NCBI GenBank assembly: GCA_031398365.1
Contig: JANNND010000325.1
Coordinates: forward strand, 1-45,990
Direction: 5' to 3'
From: Blastocatellia bacterium
GTDB taxonomy: Bacteria > Acidobacteriota > Blastocatellia > RBC074
DNA length: 45,990 bases
The position numbers and the translations under genes are program-made. Shown here one piece after another: positions 7,863 to 14,115 of this stretch. A model generated the notes under the pieces. The model worked only from the letters and a program-made list of their open reading frames with translations. It made no database searches and was not told the origin of the DNA. Numbering within the stretch: position 1 is the first letter of the stretch; each line of letters starts with the position of its first letter.

Positions 7863-10800
7863 TTACCGACGCCCGTCAAGATTTGCCCATTCGCCGGATT
7901 GAATGAAACTGGCCCAGTAAAAGGGATGCTGGCGCAGTTTGTTTTGCAGCATTTGCAGTTGCGTTTGGCGCAACGCTTCGCCCCTGCCCTGCCCCTGTTG
8001 CAAGGCTTTGTAATAACCAATCATTAACTCGCTGGTGCTGGTATCGGACACGGGCCAGAGGCTCATCAATTGTGTTTCCGCGCCCGCCAACACCAGCGCG
8101 CGGCGCAGGCCATAGACACCATCGCCGTTTTTGATTTCTCCAACGCCGGTGTCGCACGCCGAAAGCACAACCAACTTTGTACCCCACAAATCCAGGCTAG
8201 CTGCTTCCATGGCGGTCAATATGCCATCGTCGTTTCCGCTCTTGCCTTGATTCGCGCCCGCCAGTGCGAGGCCAGAACGCAGCAGCGGGTTACTGACGTT
8301 TGCGACCCATTTGCCCAACCGCAGGTCGTCGCTGCCGCGTGTTGCAGGCGTAGCAGCTTCGTCGTCCTGCAAAAAGAAACCGTGGGTTGCGATGTGCAAA
8401 ATGCGCGGGCCACTGAGTTGACGCAGCGCGGCTTCCGTCGCTTGGGTTTTGGATAAAACAACACTGCTTGGCATTAAATCTTTAATTGCGCGCGCTTCGG
8501 CTCTGGTTTTGGCGAGGGGCGCAAACAACACTTTGGATTCATCCAGCCGCACACTTCCTTTGCGACTGGCATCATTGCCGGCAATAACGACAGGGGGATC
8601 ACCGAATTCAGGATCGGCAACAATGACAGCCTCACTATGACTCTCACGCGGTGTTTGTAACCGCACCAAATCGCGACCACTGGTTAAATAGGTAATCGAA
8701 TAGCGCTCAACCAAATATTTGGTTTGCTCATCCACCAGCGCGATGAACGGAATCAGATTCAACGCGCCATCGGGGGAAATCAACAAGTGTTTTGCTTCGC
8801 CCAGTAGCGGTCGGAGCGGCTTCATCACTTTGTCATCCACCGCGCGTGCCAGGCGTTGTACATCGGCGCGCTGTGGATTGCGCAACGATTGTCGCCAAGC
8901 CGTAATCGTGCGCTCAAGGACTGCGGCTGCGCCCAAATCCACCCACTGCGGTTTGTTGTTCGCAGTCAATAAATAGGCAGCGTAATGTGCGGCGGCAGGC
9001 TTGTGGGTCTTGGCATCAAGCGGATTGAAAAGTGCGAATTCAATGAGCGTCGCGTCTTTCGGAAGCAAGTCCTGAATCGCAGCCAAGGTGATCGGCTGTG
9101 CTTGCAACCGAAATTCGGCGCTATGGTTGCTAAGTTCGATTTCAAGTTGTTCAGCAGCTTCTTCAAGCTGTTTAAGTTGCGCGCGATTCAAACTTGTCGG
9201 CGTGCTTGCTGCCTCTCGCAACGTCAGTGTCGCCATTCTGGAGCGCAGTTCTGCCAATTGACTAAGGCTTGCCTGATCCTGCGAATTCGCACGCCGACGC
9301 AGCGCGGCAACCGTATCGGTCAGCGCGTCCAACCCACGCCCCTTGCGGCGCAATAACGTAGTGAGGGCCAACTCCAAGGCCTGTTGATTCCGAGGTGCGG
9401 CTTGCGCGTGCAAGAACAACGCATTGTTCATGTCAGCAGAAAACAGTTGCAAGTAGCTGAGCTTTTGTCGCTCGGAGCCGAACAGCAAATTGCGAGTGAG
9501 ATTGCGTTCGCTGATTTCGAGGGCCTGCGTCAATTGTGTGATGCTTTGTTGTGTCTCGCCCCGCGCCCACGAAACGCTGGCCAAACGGCTTAAGGTGCGC
9601 GCTAAGTCGGGCGCATCGGCATTGAGGGTTTTCTGTTGAATCCTGAGTGCGCGGTTGTACAGGGCTTCGGCTTCAGCAGTCTTGCCTTGATGGTTGTACA
9701 AGCCCGCCAAACCTTCCAACGCCTGGACGACATACGGATGTTCACCGCCCACCGTTTTTTCCAGCAGCGTCAACGCGCGATTGTACAGGCGTTCGGACTG
9801 TGCCGACTTGCCTTCCAATTCATACAGCTTCGCAAAACTGAAAAGGGACAGCGCAGTTTCAGGATGCTCGCCATAAATCTTTTCGCGCATCGTCAGCGCC
9901 CGCTGATGCAGCGTTTCGGACTCCGCATAATTTCCCTGCTCCCGGTAAATCCCGGCGAGCAAATTATAAGAGCGCGCCAAATCGGGATGTTCATTGCCAA
10001 AGGCTTTTTCCTTGATCGCGATGGCGCGCAGTTGCAAGGGGATAGCGTTGAGCCAATCCCCTTTGTCAGAGTACAGCGCGGCCAGATTGCTGAGCGTCGT
10101 CGCGAGAAATGGATGATCCTTACCAAGCGCCTTTTCCCGAATCGCAATCGCACGTTGATAGAGCGGTTCAGCCTTCACATAGTCGCCCATTTCGTTGTAC
10201 AGCAGGGCGAGATTGTTCAGCGTTTCGGCCACTTCGGGATGCGTATTGCCCAAGACTTTTTCTTTGATCGCCAAGGTGCGCAAATGTAGCGGTTCCGCCT
10301 TCGGATACTCGCCCATATCCCGATACAACCCCGCCAAATGGCCGAGCGATTCGGCGATTTCATAATGCTCCGCGCCGAAGTTTTTTTCTCGTATAGCCAG
10401 AGCGCGCCGATAGAGAGATTCGGCTTGCGTGTAATCACTTTTCTGCTGATAGGCTCCCGCCAAGTTGCTCAAGGCGTGCGCGATTTGCGGATCGTCTGGC
10501 CCGAGCAGCTTGGTATAGATTGCCAGCGCTCGTTGATAGAAAGGTAAGGCACGATCATATTCACCCAAATTCAAATACGTCACCGCCAGATCATTCACCG
10601 ATTCGGCAACGTCCAAATGTTCCTGGCCGAAAGCTTTTTCGCGCACAGCCAAGGCCCGCAGATAGATTGGCTCCGCCGTTTTAAATTCGCCCTTATCAAA
10701 ATAGACACCAGCTAAAAAATTCAACGCCGCGCCCACGTCCACGTGCTCAGGGCCAAGAATCTTTTCGCGGAGCGCGACAACTTTTTCGGCGAGCGGTAAG

Positions 10801-11285
10801 GCCTCATCCGCTTTGCTTTGCGTAGCCAACAATAAGGCTTCGCCCGCCATTTTGCGTGCCTCGACCAAGGGGCGATCATGGGGCAAGGCAGTGCGCAACT
10901 CGGCGAGTTTGATTTCGTATTTGCCCGGTGCAACGTCCTTTTCAAGCGAATGAACCTCGACGCGGTAATTGCCCGCGGCCTCTGTGACCCAAGCCAAAAC
11001 CTCTTCGCCTGACGATCCATTAGGGCTGTCCACTACGATCAGCTTTTTGCCATCGGGCGCGATCAGGGTGACGGCAACGTCAATGCCGCGTTGTTTGATG
11101 ATGATGTGCAGATATTGCGCAGCCAGCAGGGAAACCTGATAGCCGTGCGCTTGTCCGCCTGTTAGCTCGCGCTCCATTGGAACACCAATGGACAAAGGAC
11201 GCGTCTCGGTCGTTGTTTGGGTACTTACTAACAACGCAAACAAAATGCTTAAAATCATCTTGACCTTCTTTTCATGCTGAGCCAT
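7863..11285 (-). CDS. secreted TPR-repeat / CHAT-domain (caspase-like) protease, about 1140 aa
   Basis: N-terminus MAQHEKKVKMILSILFALLVS (signal-like), then a beta-sandwich-like domain. About a dozen TPR_10/12-type repeats follow (AL..LA.LY...G.Y..AEPLY.RALAI.EK.LG.(D/E)HP). The C-terminal CHAT domain has catalytic-type His (ILHIATHGFF) and Cys (LVVLSACDTGVG). The start is uncertain: ATG 11285 has no SD, ATG 11258 has AAGAAGG, and the track start 11342 adds a non-signal extension. Confidence 0.85.
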   Translation of the reverse strand: MAQHEKKVKMILSILFALLVSTQTTTETRPLSIGVPMERELTGGQAHGYQVSLLAAQYLHIIIKQRGIDVAVTLIAPDGKKLIVVDSPNGSSGEEVLAWVTEAAGNYRVEVHSLEKDVAPGKYEIKLAELRTALPHDRPLVEARKMAGEALLLATQSKADEALPLAEKVVALREKILGPEHVDVGAALNFLAGVYFDKGEFKTAEPIYLRALAVREKAFGQEHLDVAESVNDLAVTYLNLGEYDRALPFYQRALAIYTKLLGPDDPQIAHALSNLAGAYQQKSDYTQAESLYRRALAIREKNFGAEHYEIAESLGHLAGLYRDMGEYPKAEPLHLRTLAIKEKVLGNTHPEVAETLNNLALLYNEMGDYVKAEPLYQRAIAIREKALGKDHPFLATTLSNLAALYSDKGDWLNAIPLQLRAIAIKEKAFGNEHPDLARSYNLLAGIYREQGNYAESETLHQRALTMREKIYGEHPETALSLFSFAKLYELEGKSAQSERLYNRALTLLEKTVGGEHPYVVQALEGLAGLYNHQGKTAEAEALYNRALRIQQKTLNADAPDLARTLSRLASVSWARGETQQSITQLTQALEISERNLTRNLLFGSERQKLSYLQLFSADMNNALFLHAQAAPRNQQALELALTTLLRRKGRGLDALTDTVAALRRRANSQDQASLSQLAELRSRMATLTLREAASTPTSLNRAQLKQLEEAAEQLEIELSNHSAEFRLQAQPITLAAIQDLLPKDATLIEFALFNPLDAKTHKPAAAHYAAYLLTANNKPQWVDLGAAAVLERTITAWRQSLRNPQRADVQRLARAVDDKVMKPLRPLLGEAKHLLISPDGALNLIPFIALVDEQTKYLVERYSITYLTSGRDLVRLQTPRESHSEAVIVADPEFGDPPVVIAGNDASRKGSVRLDESKVLFAPLAKTRAEARAIKDLMPSSVVLSKTQATEAALRQLSGPRILHIATHGFFLQDDEAATPATRGSDDLRLGKWVANVSNPLLRSGLALAGANQGKSGNDDGILTAMEAASLDLWGTKLVVLSACDTGVGEIKNGDGVYGLRRALVLAGAETQLMSLWPVSDTSTSELMIGYYKALQQGQGRGEALRQTQLQMLQNKLRQHPFYWASFIQSGEWANLDGRR

Positions 11286-11451
11286 TGGGCGGGGGAGAAG
11301 GCTGTGATTGTAATGCGTGAGAGTGCCGCTTTGCCAGCGCATGCGAAAAAATTAGCCCGGTTCAGAGGCTGACTCCAAACCAGGCTGAAAGATGAATTTC
11401 ACCGCGTATGCGATTTCTCCTTACACTCTCCACTGAGAAAAGGATCAAAAC

Positions 11452-11459
11452 CATGTCGC
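11452..11459 (-). promoter_or_regulatory. copy 3 of the GCGACATG motif, upstream of the TPR-CHAT gene
   Basis: Minus-sense context: CTGAATTTTCTGCGACATGGTTTTGATCC. Confidence 0.3.
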
Positions 11460-11520
11460 AGAAAATTCAGCTCACTCCAATTTTTTTCTAGATCGGGCGG
11501 CGGGATCAATTGGCGGCGGC

Positions 11521-12441
11521 TTATTTATGCGTGACGCGCAGAAAGTATTTGGTGATTTCTTCGGCTTCCCCTGTGCTGTTGATGCCGGAAAGCGTCAGGG
11601 AATAATCGCCATTGGGAAGTTTGCTGGTGGGAATCGTGATGAATACTGCCTGACCAAAGGGTTGCAGCGCTTGTTGCGTCAACACGTCAACGCCAGCAAT
11701 AGTGCGCAGTTTGATTTGATAGCGTTGATGCTCTTTATCTTCAAGATTAACGCGCATTCGCACGTGTTTTGTACCGGATGGAATGGATAGACGATGAATC
11801 TCTCCTGAGCTTCGCAATGCGCCGCCCAGCGCAAAAGCCAGCACTGCCGGAACAGCAGGTCGCGCAGGTTGCGAAGGCTGCGACGTTGGCGTGGGCAACT
11901 CAGTCTTTGGTGTTTCGAGGGCAATTGGCAGTGGAGTAGGAGCTTCAACGCTGGGCGCTGGAACGGGTGAAGCGGGCGCGTCTTGCCTGGCGATTTGCTC
12001 AGTTGGAGTAGATACATTGCGCAGATACCACCAACCGCCCAGGGCCAGCAGAACCGCCAGCGCGGCCACGCCGCCCCAAGCCAGTTGCATCAATTGTAGC
12101 GATGCCAGGAAGTTTGACCACCAGGAAGGATTTGGTTTAAGCGGGGCTGGTTCAGGTTCTACAACAATGTTTTCATCTGCCGCCTGCACTAGATTCCGAG
12201 CGACAGCAACACGTGCTTGATGCTTCGAAGAAGCCAGATAATTGCGCTCGAATAAGGCGCGCTCTTTGTTTGGTAAATTGCCTCGTACATAGTTGTCAAT
12301 CAATTCGTTTTCCAGCGCCCAGACCTGCTCGAACTTTTCCTGCTCAGCAAAGTATTCCTGTTCCAGCGCGAATTGCTGTTCCTCTGGCAAATCACCGAGT
12401 AAATAGCGAAGCATCAAGTTTTCCTGCGCTGAATTTTTCAT
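11521..12441 (-). CDS. anti-sigma-factor-like single-pass membrane protein (306 aa)
   Basis: ATG 12441 with SD GAGGTGGG. The N-terminal helical module is LMLRYLLGDLPEEQQFALEQEYFAEQEKFEQVWALENELIDNYVRGNLPNKERALFERNYLASSKHQARVAVARNL. There is one TM segment (WGGVAALAVLLALGGWWYL), a Pro-rich linker and a C-terminal beta-rich domain. It sits directly downstream of a sigma factor gene. I saw no zinc-finger (HxxxCxxC) motif. Confidence 0.6.
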   Translation of the reverse strand: MKNSAQENLMLRYLLGDLPEEQQFALEQEYFAEQEKFEQVWALENELIDNYVRGNLPNKERALFERNYLASSKHQARVAVARNLVQAADENIVVEPEPAPLKPNPSWWSNFLASLQLMQLAWGGVAALAVLLALGGWWYLRNVSTPTEQIARQDAPASPVPAPSVEAPTPLPIALETPKTELPTPTSQPSQPARPAVPAVLAFALGGALRSSGEIHRLSIPSGTKHVRMRVNLEDKEHQRYQIKLRTIAGVDVLTQQALQPFGQAVFITIPTSKLPNGDYSLTLSGINSTGEAEEITKYFLRVTHK

Positions 12442-12507
12442 GTCCCACCTCAAAGTGATTTTTTATTTTAGGAGCCTGTCACCTACTACTGAAAAACCTC
12501 GCTATTT

Positions 12508-12515
12508 CATGTCGC
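12508..12515 (-). promoter_or_regulatory. copy 4 of the GCGACATG motif, 5 nt after the sigma gene stop and 67 nt upstream of the anti-sigma start
   Basis: Minus-sense context: TAAGTAAGCGACATGAAATAGCG. Confidence 0.3.
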
Positions 12516-12519
12516 TTAC

Positions 12520-13107
12520 TTATGGATTTTTTTGCAGGCAATGATGGATACACTGTTCCAGCTTGTCGCGCAGGCGCTGCACACGATTGCGCAGCGCATT
12601 CAGGGGGATACTCAATCGTTCGGCTAACGAAAGCCGATTGTTGATTTTGCTGCGTTTTTCGTCTTGGTAATATTGCAGGAGAACCTGCTGGCTTGCGGCG
12701 GGCAATTCACGCAGGCAATGATTGAAACACTCTTGCCGCTCGTCGGGTTCCTCAATTACGGATTCAGGAGCAGCAAGTGGCGGCAGTTCTTCAAAATCAG
12801 TGCGTTTGCTGTCAGCAGACTTAAGCGTCTCAAGGAAAACCAAACGCGCAACGCCGTGGCAATAGGTCGCGACATCTTGAATCGCATCGCCTTCATCAAT
12901 CTTGCGTGTAACGCGATTGAGGGTTTCATCGGCGCAATCTTCGGGAAAGTGGGCGCCACGCCAATCGAAGAATTTCACCAGCTTTTGGCGAATCGCTTCG
13001 TATTTTTCCCCGGCTGTTTCGGCATCAGGATCAAGACACGCCAGGAGTTTCGCAAACGCCTCGGGAGTTAGAGTCCATTTAGTTTTTGATGATAGAAAGC
13101 TATCCAC
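12520..13107 (-). CDS. ECF-type (group 4-like) RNA polymerase sigma factor, divergent (195 aa)
   Basis: GTG start. The region-2-like segment is YEAIRQKLVKFFDWRGAHFPEDCADETLNRV...ATYCHGVARLVFLE. The region-4-like HTH is LRELPAASQQVLLQYY...LSLAERLSIPLNALRNRVQRLRDKLEQC. Confidence 0.7.
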   Translation of the reverse strand: MDSFLSSKTKWTLTPEAFAKLLACLDPDAETAGEKYEAIRQKLVKFFDWRGAHFPEDCADETLNRVTRKIDEGDAIQDVATYCHGVARLVFLETLKSADSKRTDFEELPPLAAPESVIEEPDERQECFNHCLRELPAASQQVLLQYYQDEKRSKINNRLSLAERLSIPLNALRNRVQRLRDKLEQCIHHCLQKNP

Positions 13108-13164
13108 ACGGGTTTTCAGTTCAGGTAGTTTGATGACTATTGGTCACGCCAATGATTGATAAGT

Positions 13165-13797
13165 TTACCCTTCTTCAATCACACGGCGCATCTCTCTTGC
13201 CGCATCCGCAGGCGATGCAGCTTCCGTAATGGCCGCGCCAATAATAACGCCAGCTAAAGGAATTTTGCGCAGCGCAATTAGCTCCTGTAAATCAATGCCA
13301 CCGGCCAGATACACAGGCAATTGGATTTCATCAAGCTGGGCTTTCAATTGCTTGAGATTGTCGGATTGTGTGGCGCGCCGTGTTTTCATGCCGCGTCGGT
13401 TGAGACATAACGAATCCACGCCCAAGCTGTGTAACTCCCTGGCACGTTCAATTAAATTCACGACGCCAAGACTGTCTGCCATGACTTCGCCATCATATTT
13501 CTTGGCCGATTTAACAACGCGCTTGATGACTTCATCACTGGCACAACCTAGAACCGTTACTACTTTAGCACCAGCAGCAAAGGCTAATTCAGCGATTGGT
13601 TCTCCGGCATCTACGACCTTAATATCTGCTACGACCGGACAACGACACCGACGTCGCAATTCTCTGACTACGCGAATTCCTTCTCGAATTAAAAGGGGAG
13701 TTCCGGCTTCGATTAAATCCACGTGTTTGACTGTGCGGGCCGCAATGTCTAATTCATGAGTCAAGTCCGGGTGATCTAACGCCAGTTGTAATTTCAT
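13165..13797 (-). CDS. 3-hexulose-6-phosphate synthase-like protein (OMP decarboxylase / KGPDC-HPS superfamily), 210 aa
   Basis: MKLQLALD...VDLIEAGTPLL...VVADIKVVDAG...AGGI...GAAIT aligns along its full length with the HxlA/UlaD pattern as I recall it. The usual (V/I)xxH(A/R) motif is LCLNRR here. Confidence 0.65.
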   Translation of the reverse strand: MKLQLALDHPDLTHELDIAARTVKHVDLIEAGTPLLIREGIRVVRELRRRCRCPVVADIKVVDAGEPIAELAFAAGAKVVTVLGCASDEVIKRVVKSAKKYDGEVMADSLGVVNLIERARELHSLGVDSLCLNRRGMKTRRATQSDNLKQLKAQLDEIQLPVYLAGGIDLQELIALRKIPLAGVIIGAAITEAASPADAAREMRRVIEEG

Positions 13798-13856
13798 AAT
13801 TCGCCTGTACTCTGCCTAAGACCTATTGCTAGAGACATCCTAAATTCGATGCAAAG

Positions 13857-13879
13857 TTTTCCACAGAATCTGTGGAAAA
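13857..13879. promoter_or_regulatory. perfect 11-1-11 palindrome TTTTCCACAGA-A-TCTGTGGAAAA in an AT-rich 318-bp intergenic region
   Basis: Read directly from the sequence. Each half matches the DnaA-box degenerate consensus TTWTNCACA. The flanks lack a 3' U-tract in either orientation, so it is not a terminator. Confidence 0.5.
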
Positions 13880-13893
13880 AGCTGTGAATAAGT

Positions 13894-13902
13894 GGGGGGG
13901 GG
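13894..13902. repeat. G9 homopolymer tract in the hps-like upstream region
   Basis: agtGGGGGGGGGagaagg, read directly. Confidence 0.9.
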
Positions 13903-14115
13903 AGAAGGTCAAATTCTGTAAATACGCAAGTTATAGCAAATTGCACATTTCTTCGACAAATAGTCTAAAGTCTTTGAATTCAGCTATTTGAATTATATTT
14001 CCTCGTAAAACTCAACAAGAACAATGAATTAAACCATGTTCAACGATTTTAATCGCTAAGACTTTGTTTAAGTTGTGGATTTCTTTTCGTTGTAAATGAT
14101 TTTTTACGGAATCCG

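Noticed and set aside
7863-11285. Repetitive DNA (TPR and LGFP units, NHL units) as possible CRISPR or other non-coding arrays
   Set aside because: The periodicities are 102-162 nt, the repeats are imperfect at the DNA level, and they lie entirely within long ORFs whose translations show the protein repeat motifs. No short direct-repeat/spacer architecture exists anywhere in the window.
13798-14115. A dif (XerCD) site or a replication origin next to ftsK
   Set aside because: I found no 28-bp element resembling known dif consensus arms (…ATTATGT(T/A)AA(A/C)T). Only two or three DnaA-box-like 9-mers are present, which is insufficient for oriC. I keep it only as a low-interest palindrome observation.
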